From assembly GCA_963847445.1 (NCBI GenBank), contig CAWJZV010000018.1, positions 64,001 to 128,000 of the forward strand: a stretch of DNA of 64,000 nt, in the 5' to 3' direction. This DNA comes from an uncultured delta proteobacterium. Its GTDB lineage: Bacteria; Desulfobacterota; Binatia; UBA9968. Position numbers and translations under genes: made by a program. Positions 21,135-32,327 of the stretch are shown here, in pieces. The notes below the pieces were generated by a model, which had not been told where the DNA came from, did not search any database, and was given only the letters and a program-made list of their open reading frames with translations. The first letter of the stretch is position 1. Every line of letters starts with the position of its first letter.

Positions 21135-21431
21135 GGCAACTATCTCCTCTCGCACGCGCCTCTACCGGACTGCAAAACAGACCGGGAGCTTCAACACACA
21201 AGTACACTTACCACATGAAAAAAAAGCTGGAAAGTCAGTTGGCCGCCTTTATCGGGTTTGGTCTATTCGGCTTGGCTTGGACACTCCAGGACAGTCACGA
21301 GTTTAATTTGGCGATTGAAAGCTTCGATCCATCCACACCAAGGCCAAGGCTCGGCCGACTGGTCATTATGAGGAAAAACCTCATCGACTATATGAATGAC
21401 CCTGGCATTATCTAACCAGGCTTAGGCGCGC

Positions 21432-21698
21432 TTATTGGATGGCCGAATATCGTCGGAAAACCGTCGGCGGCACTAAATAAATTTCGCTATTGTTTTCCAG
21501 CGGGAACTTCCTACCCGTTTTATGACAGAACGCGAGGTGCCCGCGAATGGCAGCAACCTGTGGAGGGACAGAACGCCCATGATATAGCTCAGCGATGCTT
21601 TGCTTATGGTCTGCGCCCTCTTCGATGTGGAGCCTCATGAGAATCGAATGATCGTGGCCGCAATCCTTGCAACGAACAGTTAGGTCATAGGTCGGCAT
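21432..21698 (-). CDS. Small hypothetical protein, possible Zn-binding (CKDCGHDH...FCH)
   Basis: AAGGA RBS, CxxC plus His/Cys residues. Confidence 0.6.
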   Translation of the reverse strand: MPTYDLTVRCKDCGHDHSILMRLHIEEGADHKQSIAELYHGRSVPPQVAAIRGHLAFCHKTGRKFPLENNSEIYLVPPTVFRRYSAIQ

Positions 21699-22073
21699 GG
21701 TGCATCCTTTCCCCGTGGCGCACTCTTATCGCTATCCCGGGTGGCATTGCAAGCGATTGGATCCTGCCTCAAGTAGAGCGGCAAGACGACGGAATACGCC
21801 GGTGGGAGCCACAGCGGCAGCCGTCATGCCGATTGTTCTCCCCGGCACGGCAGATGGTTGACCGCCTGCCAACCTGTGGAAATAAGTCACTCGTCCCTCT
21901 CTCACAAGAGCTAACAGCGGCAACAGAGTTTTTCTGCGAAACCATCTCTGCTCTCTCGGCCCGTTGGGTCGTGCCTCGGAAATTCCAACAACAGTGCTTT
22001 AACCCAGCGCCGGTGGCGTATGTCTCGCCACCCGACCCTCCGCCATCGTCAGATCTCCCTCGTCGTTTTCCTT

Positions 22074-22135
22074 ACAGGAGGCAACGGAGGAAACAGAGAT
22101 TTTTTAACCCTCCGTGAACTCTGTTTGCTCCTGTT
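22074..22135. repeat. ACAGGAG...CTCCTGT 9-mer-period palindrome family
   Basis: ACAGGAGGCAACGGAGGAAACAGAG...CTCCGTGAACTCTGTTTGCTCCTGT. Further copies at 43271-43323, 51754-51818, 53076-53140, 54175-54241, and a half copy near 41188-41214. Confidence 0.8.
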
Positions 22136-22248
22136 GAATTACATTCCTGGTCACTCGTCCCTCAACGCTTCCCTCGACCCTCGTCTCCTGCCCTTGCATG
22201 ACAGCGTTTGAATTTTTTGCCGCTGCCGCACGGAAATCTTCGGTGTCG

Positions 22249-24753
22249 TTATTTATCCGATGATTTGGCGACGGGGGCCGCGAGATCGATGCTCGCCTCG
22301 GGCGCCGAATCGCGCACCAGCCGCACCTCGCGCTGGGGAAAGGGAAAAGACATGCCCGCCGCATTGACCGCATCGTACACGGCCGCGGCCAGATCGCTTT
22401 TGACTTGCGTGGATTGGTTGAATTGCCGCGGCCATACACGCAGCTCAAAGTTGATCGAGCTGTCGCCGTAGCTCATGAAGAGCGCGCGCGGCGCGGGCTC
22501 TGGCAAAACATCCGGGTGCGCCCGCGCCACCTGCTCGAGCAGCTCGATCACCTTTTTAGGATCGGCCCCGTAGTTCACGCCGACCGGCAGATCGACGCGC
22601 CGCAAACGATCGCTGAGCGTCCAGTTGGTGACTCGGTCGGTAATCAGCTGCGAATTGGGAACGATGATATCGGCCCCTGCGCCGGTGTGGATCACGCTCG
22701 CTCGGATGCCGATGCGTCGCACCGTGCCCTGAAGGTTGCCGACCTCAACGGTGTCGCCGACGTGGATCGGCCGCTCGAACAACAAGATCAGCCCGGAGAC
22801 AAAATTATTGACGATACTCTGCAGACCAAAGCCGATGCCGACACCGAAGGCGCCGGCGAGGACACTCACCTTGTTGAAATCGACCCCGAGCACGCCGAGC
22901 GCGGCGACAAATCCGAGGGCGAGAATAATGTAATTGAGCAAACTGGAGGCGGCGTAGGACAGGCCGGGAGCGAGATCGATTCTCGGGTAGACATCCTCTT
23001 GCAAAGCGAAGCGCAGGAAGCGCGACAGCAGGTGGGCCAACCAAACGATCAGAAAAAATTCCAGCACGTTGCCGAGCGAGATGGCGATGGTGCCGCGCTC
23101 CAGCTTGGTCGAGAGCAGGGCTTGTCCTAAGGACCACGCGCTATCCAAAAGACCGAGGTAGGCCAGATAGCGGATCGACCAGGCCAAGACTGCTCCCCAA
23201 ATCAGCAGCCGATAAACCCGCCTTTCCAGAAGTTCGCCTTGGTGCGCAACCATCCGGAGCAAGCGCAGCGGCCACAGCCGCAACGCCAGCGCGATCGCTC
23301 CCCCGACCACTCGCAGCATCGCAAACGCCAGGATTACCAGGACGGCGCCGACAAGAATACCGGGCGTCAAGAGACGCGCCAGGCGCGCATAACCTGCCGC
23401 TCCCGCCGCCAGCGCGACAAGGAGAACGATCATGAGCAGAAATCGACCCGCCTTCAGGAGTATCAGACCGGAAGATTCGGCTCTCTCGGCAATGATTTGG
23501 CGATAATGGCGGCGAATCCCGAACAGCACGATGATCGCAGCGAGGGTCTCGGCGACAATGATCGCCAGACCGATCAGTCGTATGCCCGAAAAGGCCTGGC
23601 GCAGGATATCGACGGCCAACAGAAAACAGAACGTATAGCTCACCGACGCGACCGAAACGCTGAGCATCGGCCGCGCCACGCGGAGCATCGGCACGAGCAT
23701 TAGAATTGTCAGGAGTTGCCGCACCGCGGTAGGCATCTGAAAAAACGGTGAAGTCACAAAGATCAACGTAGTCGCCAACGCCGCCGCGTAGGGTCGCTTG
23801 AAGACCAAGATGGCCGGCGATGCAGCCACGCCGGACTTCTCCCACGCAGCGAGCTTGCGCCGCGCCGCAGCGAACACCACGGCCAAGACTATGAACAGCG
23901 CGGCATGCAGAGCGCTTCCCTGGCGCGGCTCGCGCACGTATTTAACGATCTCCGACCAATGGGCGCTGCCGGCCCGGCGTAAATGCTCGGGCAACGCTTT
24001 GAGCGCGTCCGGCCATAACTCCACCCTCCAGATCGGCGGCACGGTGGCGACGAAAATGCCGGCAACGGCTTGTTGCTGAATCTGGCCGATCTGCGCCAAA
24101 ATCGTGTCGCACTTGGTCACCCCTTGGGCGACGCGGCTCTGCAGATCCAACAGCGCCGCGCGCTCGCTTTGAAGTTTAGCCTGCGCCGCCGTAATCGCCG
24201 CCAGCGTGGCGTCGATCTGTTGCAGGATCGGATCCGGAGCCTTGGCTTCCTGCGCCGCCGCGCGCGTGTTGCCCCAGGTTTTTTGCAGATCGGTAAGTTG
24301 ATTCAGTGACTGCTGCAGTTTGGTCGCCTGCAGGGTGAGCGCGCTCAAGGAGCCCTTCGCTGCCAATTCGTGGCGCTGCCAATCCTGCTGCAAGCTCTGC
24401 AAAACATCGAGGGTAGGCTCCGCTTCCAAGGTCTTGGTCGTCGCGGCGAATTGCCCGTCCAACTTTTCGCTCAATTCAGGAAGGGTCTTGGCGATGGTTT
24501 CGATTTGCGCGCTGGGCGCCGCGCTCGCGGTCAAATTACCGAGTAAGTTGGATACTTCAGTGGCCCGCGTCGCGATATCCCCCAGTGGGATCACCACCGG
24601 TGGCGCCGGCACGGCCGGTTCAGGCGCCGCAGCCTTAGCCGCGGGCGCCGGCAAAGCGACGGATTTTTCCTGCGCTGCGTTACCGTAGCCGCTGGAGAGC
24701 AACAGCAAGAACGCTAGTATGACAGTCGTAGCAAAAGTATGTCTTGCGCGCAT
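22249..24753 (-). CDS. Large MscS-family mechanosensitive channel (MscK-like)
   Basis: Signal peptide, coiled-coil periplasmic region, multiple TMs, GVGIGFGLQSIVNNFVSGLILLFERPIHVGD, PFPQR. Confidence 0.92.
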   Translation of the reverse strand: MRARHTFATTVILAFLLLLSSGYGNAAQEKSVALPAPAAKAAAPEPAVPAPPVVIPLGDIATRATEVSNLLGNLTASAAPSAQIETIAKTLPELSEKLDGQFAATTKTLEAEPTLDVLQSLQQDWQRHELAAKGSLSALTLQATKLQQSLNQLTDLQKTWGNTRAAAQEAKAPDPILQQIDATLAAITAAQAKLQSERAALLDLQSRVAQGVTKCDTILAQIGQIQQQAVAGIFVATVPPIWRVELWPDALKALPEHLRRAGSAHWSEIVKYVREPRQGSALHAALFIVLAVVFAAARRKLAAWEKSGVAASPAILVFKRPYAAALATTLIFVTSPFFQMPTAVRQLLTILMLVPMLRVARPMLSVSVASVSYTFCFLLAVDILRQAFSGIRLIGLAIIVAETLAAIIVLFGIRRHYRQIIAERAESSGLILLKAGRFLLMIVLLVALAAGAAGYARLARLLTPGILVGAVLVILAFAMLRVVGGAIALALRLWPLRLLRMVAHQGELLERRVYRLLIWGAVLAWSIRYLAYLGLLDSAWSLGQALLSTKLERGTIAISLGNVLEFFLIVWLAHLLSRFLRFALQEDVYPRIDLAPGLSYAASSLLNYIILALGFVAALGVLGVDFNKVSVLAGAFGVGIGFGLQSIVNNFVSGLILLFERPIHVGDTVEVGNLQGTVRRIGIRASVIHTGAGADIIVPNSQLITDRVTNWTLSDRLRRVDLPVGVNYGADPKKVIELLEQVARAHPDVLPEPAPRALFMSYGDSSINFELRVWPRQFNQSTQVKSDLAAAVYDAVNAAGMSFPFPQREVRLVRDSAPEASIDLAAPVAKSSDK

Positions 24754-24819
24754 GCTTGTTAGACCTCGCAATCGGCACATCGAGTAGAGCCGTATTCAGA
24801 ATGGAGTGAGATCCGGCAA

Positions 24820-25761
24820 CTACAGCCCGCCGCCCCATCGGAGTTGCCATGCAACGCCGAGCACGTCTAGATCCGCTCCAGTCTTGGCATAGACATTGGT
24901 GCTGCCGTAGAGTTTGATCGAGTTGTAGCGATTAATCGGCAGCGCCAGGGTGAGGCCGACACGGACATTCTCAAGGCTTTCTCCCTTATCGCCGTCGATG
25001 GTCCCGCGCGCCCCCGTGTAGTAAAGCGCATCGAACCCGAGCCAAATCCCGGGCGTGATCGAGTAAATCAAATGTCCTTGCACGGAATAGACTGGACTGA
25101 CTTGGAGGGTTTTGCCGTCGAGAAAATCGTTGTTGTCAGTGTAGAAACGGACGCCGCCAGCAAGCTCCAACGTCACCGGGCCCCAGGTTTTGGAAACTCC
25201 TAGCTCCGGCTTGAAAGACCAGCGATTGGTGCCGACGTTCACCAGTTTATCGGATTCATATTTTCCGAGCGGCGGAGTCACCTCTACGCTGGAACCGACA
25301 ATGAGATCCGGCTGATAATCGCGGAATTCATCAAGCGTGAGCGCCGGCGCGCCGTAAAGCAACATCGAGAGCCGTAGTCGCGGATCGTTGAATCCGGAAA
25401 CCTTCCGCGTGCGCGCTTGGCCGGCCAGTTTGGCGCTGCCATCGACCCACGTGTAAGGCACGATCAGGTCGAACTTCCCCGACCGGCCCCACAAGTCCAA
25501 GGTGCGCACGTAGGCAAGAACTGCGCTGTTAAGTTTGATCTCGGTATCGGTAATTGGCACCGATGGATCGACACCGACATTGCCTTGAGAGTATGCATAA
25601 CCGCCGATCAGGAAGTTGAGTCCCACCGGCGTGTTGGCATAAGCCCTCGGTTCAAGATCCTGGGCGGATGCGGTCCCTCCGCTCGTCGCAAAATCGCCAA
25701 CCGCGAACAAACCCGGTAACAACATCGCAAACAGTAATCTTCGCAATGCTAATGACGACAT
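24820..25761 (-). CDS. Outer-membrane 'transporter' (Phenol_MetA_deg / SphA-like beta-barrel)
   Basis: AQDLEPRAYANTPVGLN, VNVGTNRWSFKPELGVS, C-terminal AWQLRWG. Confidence 0.8.
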   Translation of the reverse strand: MSSLALRRLLFAMLLPGLFAVGDFATSGGTASAQDLEPRAYANTPVGLNFLIGGYAYSQGNVGVDPSVPITDTEIKLNSAVLAYVRTLDLWGRSGKFDLIVPYTWVDGSAKLAGQARTRKVSGFNDPRLRLSMLLYGAPALTLDEFRDYQPDLIVGSSVEVTPPLGKYESDKLVNVGTNRWSFKPELGVSKTWGPVTLELAGGVRFYTDNNDFLDGKTLQVSPVYSVQGHLIYSITPGIWLGFDALYYTGARGTIDGDKGESLENVRVGLTLALPINRYNSIKLYGSTNVYAKTGADLDVLGVAWQLRWGGGL

Positions 25762-25964
25762 CCTGAACCTGCCTGCGACGCATAAAAGAATTAGTTTAAC
25801 GGTACCTTTAAAAATTGCGCTCCGTCAATTCCCTGGACAACAACGATCAATCGGCGTTCGGCAGTTCTGGTCGCTCGTACCGCAACCTCGTCGGCGCCGA
25901 GCTTTGCTTTTCAGCAACTCGGACACGGGCAGATCAAGAGCTTGCTGGGTGGGCTGAATCGCGA

Positions 25965-27107
25965 TTACAGCAGCGCTTCACCGCTGCAATCAACCCTCTT
26001 TTCGCGATTCAGAACGCCGCCTAGTCGTTCAATCAGCCAGAACATGGCGGTGCCGCCAATCGCATATGGGGGCAGCAGCCGCAGCCAGCCGAAAAATTGC
26101 GGTCGCAGCGGCGATAAGCGCACCCGACGGAGCATCCAGCGGCCAAGCGCCATGAATGCGAACACCACGGCGATAAAACTGAAATGGCCGACCTCGACAC
26201 CGATGCTGAACAGCAGTAGAGCGAGCGGAATGTGACCTTCCGGCAATCCCACTTCGCTCAATCCGCCGGCGAATCCCAACCCGTGCAATAATCCGAACGA
26301 GAATGCGACGAGCCATGGCTGACGCTCTGTGAGGCTAGGCTGGGTCGACGGAGACCTGCCGTGGCTGCGGAGAATTTCTTTGGCGACAAAGACGATACTC
26401 AAGGCAATGACCGCCTCAACAGGCGGCGACGGAACGTGAACAAAGCCGAGCGTGGCCAAGGCTAGCGTTACGCTGTGCGCAACGGTAAATGCGCTCACGG
26501 TCTTGACCAACTTGCCGAATCCGCGCACCAGCAGCAGCAGGCCGAGCACAAACAGCAGGTGGTCGACACCGGTCAAAATGTGCTCGACTCCAAGAGCAAG
26601 ATACGTGCGGACGATTTCCATCCGGCTGGGAGCGGCCTCGACGACGAATGAGGGCATGGCGGGCGTAAGGCGCGTCACTTGAGTGCTTCCTTCGAGTCGC
26701 TCCAGTCGCACCAAAACATCGGTCAAGGTTGCCGAAAGTCCGGCGATACGGATCGTGCCGCCGCTCAAGCCCATTGCGCATTTGATGCTCCAGCGCTCGG
26801 TATATGCGTTGGCGGCGAAAGCACCGCGCGGTTGGGTCAGGTTCGAGCAGCTCTCCGGCAGTTGCACATAAAGCCCCAGGCGCAGGTCTTCTCCTTGTCC
26901 CGGCACTTTCCACAACACGTCGTACGTATCGCCGCTGGTCTGATGCAGTTCCAGGTAAGCCGGGCGCACTTCATGGGAGAATGCCATGCGGTGCAGAACA
27001 GCGACGATAAAATCGCGTAACACACAGAAAAAAAGCAGCTCCTCGAAATGAGTTTTACACTGCTTCTGAGTCGTCAATCTGGAACGGTTATTCGAACGCA
27101 TGATCAT
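25965..27107 (-). CDS. HupE/UreJ family membrane protein
   Basis: HEVRPAYLEL, GVEHILTGVDHLLFV, AFTVAHSVTL, FGLLHGLGFA. The true ends may be shifted by indels. Confidence 0.88.
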   Translation of the reverse strand: MIMRSNNRSRLTTQKQCKTHFEELLFFCVLRDFIVAVLHRMAFSHEVRPAYLELHQTSGDTYDVLWKVPGQGEDLRLGLYVQLPESCSNLTQPRGAFAANAYTERWSIKCAMGLSGGTIRIAGLSATLTDVLVRLERLEGSTQVTRLTPAMPSFVVEAAPSRMEIVRTYLALGVEHILTGVDHLLFVLGLLLLVRGFGKLVKTVSAFTVAHSVTLALATLGFVHVPSPPVEAVIALSIVFVAKEILRSHGRSPSTQPSLTERQPWLVAFSFGLLHGLGFAGGLSEVGLPEGHIPLALLLFSIGVEVGHFSFIAVVFAFMALGRWMLRRVRLSPLRPQFFGWLRLLPPYAIGGTAMFWLIERLGGVLNREKRVDCSGEALL

Positions 27108-28024
27108 TGCGCCTCAGCGACTTGCTTTACATCGCTAGCTTTAACCGTTTCCGGCCGCTCGATGGTCACGACATAACGCTGCAGCAAGGTTCGATAGAAC
27201 TTCTCGTTCGCTTCCAGGCGGCGCGCGTGGGTCCACTCGCGGCGCGCCGCGGCACGGACATCCTCGAGTGCCGGCATTGATCCATCCGTCCGCTCGGCGA
27301 TTATAACCAGATGAACGCCGAAGCCCGACTCGGTCGGCCCCTGCCATTGGCCAACCGGCATCTCACCGAGTGCGGCTGCAAACCGTTCGCCAAATTGCTT
27401 CACCACTTCGGCCGCCGCTATTCCATTAAATTCATTTTCGAGCATGAGGGAATCGCCGAGCGCCGCAATATCGGCGTTGGTTCCGGCGCGACGCAGCTGC
27501 GCGAGCAGCTTCGTCGCGTCTCGTCCGAGATTTGTCCCGCGCTGCTGCGGGTTGAGATAGACTTGCCTAAAAGTAAATCTCCGATCGCCGCGAAACGCGT
27601 CTGCATGTTCTTTCAAATATGCGCGTAACTGCTCGTCGGTCGGCTCAGCGTGGGCGGCGACGTCTTCAGAGACAAACTCAAGCTTCTGGCGCAGCCGCCG
27701 GCGGATGATCGTGTCGTCCTTGTCGAGGCCGAGGGCAACCGCTTCGCGGGCGAAAACTTCTTCGCGAACGTAGTCGCGGAGCATCCCTTCCAATTCGCTT
27801 GCAGTCGGCGGCCGCCGCCAGGTGCGGCTGAAAGCGGTCTCGAGCGACTCGATCCGGCCTTGGGTGATGAGAATCTTGCCGGGTTGGCTCGTCTCGCTCG
27901 AAATGAATTTGAACGCCGCGAAAATCAATGCGCCGAGCAACAGGAAATGCACCAGCGGTTCGCGAAGCAAGCGTCCGACCGTGTCTCGGTACTCGTCACT
28001 CGACAATGTTTCGTGCCTTTTCAC
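27104..28024 (-). CDS. Peptidyl-prolyl isomerase-like protein (Rotamase_2)
   Basis: LLREPLVHFLLLG, REAVALGLDKDDTIIRRRLRQKLEF, WQGPTESGFGVHLV. Confidence 0.85.
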   Translation of the reverse strand: MKRHETLSSDEYRDTVGRLLREPLVHFLLLGALIFAAFKFISSETSQPGKILITQGRIESLETAFSRTWRRPPTASELEGMLRDYVREEVFAREAVALGLDKDDTIIRRRLRQKLEFVSEDVAAHAEPTDEQLRAYLKEHADAFRGDRRFTFRQVYLNPQQRGTNLGRDATKLLAQLRRAGTNADIAALGDSLMLENEFNGIAAAEVVKQFGERFAAALGEMPVGQWQGPTESGFGVHLVIIAERTDGSMPALEDVRAAARREWTHARRLEANEKFYRTLLQRYVVTIERPETVKASDVKQVAEAQ

Positions 28025-28173
28025 TTTCGTCTCATCCTCTCAATCGAGCTGGTCAATATCCCGATCATCCCGTCGAGCAATTCGATCCGTTGCTGAATTA
28101 CATCCTTCTTGTGGTTTCTTCACTCGACACTCTTTCCTGACCCTCGACACTCGTCACTCGACGATTCCATTGC

Positions 28174-30159
28174 TCAGGCTCCCGGCGTATACCAGATTGG
28201 CGATGTATAGGCGCGCTCGGTCGTGGTCATGGGAACTTCCTTCGGCATCTTGACGCCGAAATATTTCGCGTCGTAGGCGGTCCAGCGCGGTGTCGGAATC
28301 TCGATGACGCGGCCGTAGTAAAACGCGCGCTGCGCCGGATCGAAGTCCGGATCTTGCCACACGGCGATCAACTCGGTTGCGCCGATCGTATTGGTCCAGG
28401 TCGCGTTGTCGACGTCTACCGTGGTGCCCACCGAGGGCAGTTTGCCGGTTTTCGCATCCGGTTTGCGGCCCGCCGACCAGGCGACGTCATAGATCTTTTC
28501 GTGGAGTTGGCCCTTGGCATCGAGCCAGCCTTTGATGATCTGATAACGATCCAGGTTGGCGCCGATCGGATCCTTGAGCGCGGCAACGAGAAACGTCGGC
28601 GCCTTGCCTTTCGGTGCATCGGTGAGATCGCCGCCCATCGGCACGCCTTTGGTGTAACCGATGTTAGCCGGCAAGCGGTTCTGCGCATCTTTCGCCTCGA
28701 AATCGAATCCGCCAAAGAAACGCACGGCCATGCGCGGCCCCGTCGTAGCGTAAGTCTCCCGACGTTGCATGGCGTCGAAAATGGACTCGCGGGTGTTTTC
28801 CTGAGCCCACACGGCGGCGTAGCCGGCGGCTTGCGTCTCCCAGCCCAGGATGGTCACGCCCGATGCCGCATTTTTGATGAACGGATGCTCCCACCGTTGC
28901 GGGCTCGGTTCGGAGGTGGCCATCTTGCCGAAGAAATTGTCCTCCTCGATCGCGGAGATGCCGATGTGCGAGTCGGTCGAGCCGACGAGACCAAACTTGA
29001 AGGGGTTCGCGCCGAGCTCCGCCTCGAGCTTGAGGCCGTTCTTGTAGGCCGAGCGCGCGTATTCGAACTCCAGCATCTCCGGCTTCTTGGGAACCGAGCC
29101 ATCGAGGTTGGCTTTGTCCCAGCGGTTGAAGTCCGCAAACTCGTCATTGGGCGAAAGAAAGGGATGCGCTTCGCCGTCGCCCTTGGTCTGGGTGACTTCG
29201 TAGAGGCGCTCCCATTTCAGGCGAGTCAGAGCGTAGTCCTTGTCGAGCTTGCCACCTGAGACCGGCTCGATGATCGGGAACATGCGGCCGTTGGAGAGAT
29301 TGCCGTTGTGCGCGATGGCCAGCAAGCGCCCACCGGTCTTCTGCTCGTAGGCGGCCATCCATTTCCAGAGATCGCGCGGGTCGTCGCTGCCCAGCGGCGG
29401 GAAGGTCGTGTAAGGCTCCATCTGACTGGCCTTCGAGCCGTCGTCGCGATAAATCACGTTGCGGTGGAGGTTATTGCCGCCGGTATTCGAGGTCCACTCG
29501 TAGCCGATGAAGGCCGTGAAGCGCCCTGGGGCGTTGGCCTGTTCGGCGGCTTGAATGGTCGCCTGCCACGCCGAGCGGTAGCCGGGGCTGCCCGGCAGGT
29601 ATTGCATCGTCGCCGGCATCTTCCCGGCGCCGTAAAGCGGCAGCAATTCGCCGAAGGCCTGCGAGACCTTGCCGTCGCGGACAAGTTCAAACCAGCGGCG
29701 CGCGGTCGGATCGGCCAGCACCTCGGGCTTCCCGCCGAGGAAGTCCGGCGCCAGGCCCATGAAATCCGAGTGGTCCGCCACCACGAGAAAGTCGAGCGGC
29801 CGCGAGAGGCGCACCCGCTGGCCAGTGGAGGATGTCACCTCCTCGCCCTTGGCGAAGCGATACGCCTCCACGGGGCCGAGCTTGCAGCCGAACATGCCGG
29901 CGTCGAAAGACATCGCGGTGTGCAGGTGCGTGTCGCCGAAGAGCGGGCGCCCCGGGAAGTTGCGTCCCGCATACGGCGAGTAGTGCGGCTTGGCCGGAAA
30001 CACCTTGGCTGCCGTTTCCTTGTCGAGTGTGCCCATGTCGGTCTGCACCTGCGCCAGCACCGGCACAGCGACGGCGGCAGCCGCAGTTGCCGCGATCTTC
30101 AAGAAGTCACGGCGCTTGATATCGTTAGCTGAATTTAAAAGTTTTTTCTTTTTTGCCAT
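28174..30159 (-). CDS. DUF3604 family Tat-exported PHP-like metallohydrolase
   Basis: Tat motif KRRDFLK, FGDTHLHT, ADHSD, YEWTS, NLHRNV, HNGNLSNG, GSTDSH, ERAYTSPIWY. Confidence 0.92.
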   Translation of the reverse strand: MAKKKKLLNSANDIKRRDFLKIAATAAAAVAVPVLAQVQTDMGTLDKETAAKVFPAKPHYSPYAGRNFPGRPLFGDTHLHTAMSFDAGMFGCKLGPVEAYRFAKGEEVTSSTGQRVRLSRPLDFLVVADHSDFMGLAPDFLGGKPEVLADPTARRWFELVRDGKVSQAFGELLPLYGAGKMPATMQYLPGSPGYRSAWQATIQAAEQANAPGRFTAFIGYEWTSNTGGNNLHRNVIYRDDGSKASQMEPYTTFPPLGSDDPRDLWKWMAAYEQKTGGRLLAIAHNGNLSNGRMFPIIEPVSGGKLDKDYALTRLKWERLYEVTQTKGDGEAHPFLSPNDEFADFNRWDKANLDGSVPKKPEMLEFEYARSAYKNGLKLEAELGANPFKFGLVGSTDSHIGISAIEEDNFFGKMATSEPSPQRWEHPFIKNAASGVTILGWETQAAGYAAVWAQENTRESIFDAMQRRETYATTGPRMAVRFFGGFDFEAKDAQNRLPANIGYTKGVPMGGDLTDAPKGKAPTFLVAALKDPIGANLDRYQIIKGWLDAKGQLHEKIYDVAWSAGRKPDAKTGKLPSVGTTVDVDNATWTNTIGATELIAVWQDPDFDPAQRAFYYGRVIEIPTPRWTAYDAKYFGVKMPKEVPMTTTERAYTSPIWYTPGA

Positions 30160-30884
30160 CTTTTCTCCTAACCTGTTCCTGCCCAGATTTTCTGGCGAAT
30201 CTTGTGTCAATGTCACGTCCTGTCAAAGTGAACTTCGGTGAAGCGTAAAGACCGCGGTAACAAATGACTGTAGCGTCGCCCGGGAAGCCGCCGAAGAATT
30301 TATACCGAAGCGCGTCTCGACGCGTCGGGAGTGGTTATCTCCGGCGGAATGTCCATCGTCATTTTTATTTTCGAGTTACTCTGCGCTTAAGCAGCGACTG
30401 TACCCAAACGAAACGGGGGCGCGCAAGCAGCCATTCGTACTTGTGAATGGCGCTACACGCATGAGCCAATCGCCCTTGTAGAAAGCGCGGTCGCCAAAGA
30501 ATGAGCCGATGCTCCAGCCTTGACATTTTTCATTCCGCTGGCCAGAAACTTGTCCACCTTTTCGTCGCCCTCCTTCACGCCCAGCAAGACCTCGGCCTTG
30601 TATGCTCAATACCCCATTAAAGAATCTGCGTTTGGCTTTCACGAATGTTGTCCTTTCATTTCCTACTTCTCGATCTTGTAGATGTATCACTTCCCTCATT
30701 GCTCACGACGCCTGCTTCACCGCCGCGTCTGCCAGGGAGCGTTCGCGATCGGCAGGATCGAAGTTATGGACGATTTTCCCGAAACCGCCAATGCTGGCCA
30801 AGACGTCGACTAGTTTCCGTTTACGTTTTCAGCTGCATTTGGAACGCTTTCGGGGAAAATAGACTGAACCGATCGAGCGTGTAT

Positions 30885-30902
30885 ATTGGACCTTGGTCCA
30901 AT
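30885..30902. promoter_or_regulatory. Palindromic operator TTGGAC-N4-GTCCAA, copy 1
   Basis: ATTGGAC-CTTG-GTCCAAT, preceded by TGTAT. Confidence 0.6.
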
Positions 30903-31268
30903 GGGGTTCGATCCAGGATGCGGGATGCGGGATGCGAATTTTTATTCTGACCCGAACTGCTGGTATCCGGGGGCAAAGTGAACAGCAGAGATCTACGAAA
31001 TGTCGAGACTCAAGAGATGCGAAACCGAATTAAGGATTTCGCGAACGCACTGCTTCGGTGTTTTTTCTCCAAGCCCGAGGATACACGCTATAGCATCCTC
31101 CTTTTCGTCCTGAGTGACCGGGTCATCCCTCGTATCGCAATTGGCGAGTGGACCCGACTCGATGGCAATGCCCAGCACCTGCTAAAGAGTTTGAGCGTTT
31201 AGTTTCATAAATGTACTACTATTAGATTCCTAGAATTTCTCAGACCCGTCAATTTTTTCTGCCTCCGC

Positions 31269-32073
31269 TCACTTCGGAAACAAAAATTGGACCTGAAAGC
31301 GCAACTGCCAGTCCGGGCCGAAATCAGGTTTCGCGACATTCCCGTAGGCGGCAAGTTGCACGTTGATCGGTTGCTTACCCACTCGGAATAGTTTTCCCAC
31401 GCCGCCGCCTATCGGCACAGTCCAGACATCGCCTGCCTTGTCCGCTTTCCAATCGGCCGTGAGTATCGGCGCAGTGGTCAGATACCAACCAGCCGGCAAG
31501 TTGTAGTTGACGAACGGCTGCGACACCATCGCGTTCACGGCTTTGTCGCCCCAACCGCCGACGGACCACTGATTATTCATCAGCGCGCCAAACACCCACG
31601 GCCCTTGCATTGTCAGTGCTACGCCCGCCGGTCCCATGCTCCACTTGCCGCTGCCAAGCAGACGATCGTTCGCCGTCGGCAAAGTAAACGTCGGCCCAAA
31701 ACCCCAAATCAAACTGCTCGGCTTCGACGGTGAGAAAAAGAATGTCGGGTTGATGTCGCCCCAATCCCGCGGCACTATCGACGCCTGGAAATAACGACGG
31801 CTGGCTGATGATCGGCATGATCACCCGCGTGATCAAGTTCCAATCTTCCGCTATCTTGATCGGAATCACCGGCTGCACGTTAAGAATGTAAATCATCTTG
31901 TCTTTGCTGCCGGCGCCAAAGTTGAAATTGTTCTGCAGCGGCACACTGATCAGATCCGCCACCGGATTCTGGGTTTGCTTCGCCAGCTCGGATTCGTCCT
32001 GCGCCTGCGCTTGCGAAAACAATAAACCGATTAGTGCCGCTGTTGCGGCGAGAAATTGAAACGGCTTTAGCAT
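31269..32073 (-). CDS. Outer-membrane beta-barrel ('neuromedin U'-annotated / transporter family; frameshifted)
   Basis: ELAKQTQNPVADLISVPLQNN, LNVQPVIP, WGFGPT, QPFVNYN, WTVPIGGGVGK, WQLRFQVQFLFPK. Confidence 0.85.
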
Positions 32074-32327
32074 AAAGCGAGTTGCTCCTGTTAGTTCCTG
32101 TCGAGTGCTGCTGCCGTATGAGCGCAGCGTGAGGTCGTCGACGTTTCGCTAAACAGCAACACAGCCCGCTACGCCGATTGAAGTGCCAGGGAAATCACAC
32201 TTCGTCGACGGCAGGACGGTTCGTGTTGCGTGTCAATGCAATGTCGATCTGATTGGAGTCGCGCGCGCGGCCAGGGCGGCCTTCTCCGAGTGCTCTCAGT
32301 ACCAAGACCGGTTATTTTACCTTGCTT

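Noticed and set aside
30264-30870. Short ORFs in the gap upstream of DUF3604
   Set aside because: No recognisable motifs, RBS or consistent codon bias; left unannotated
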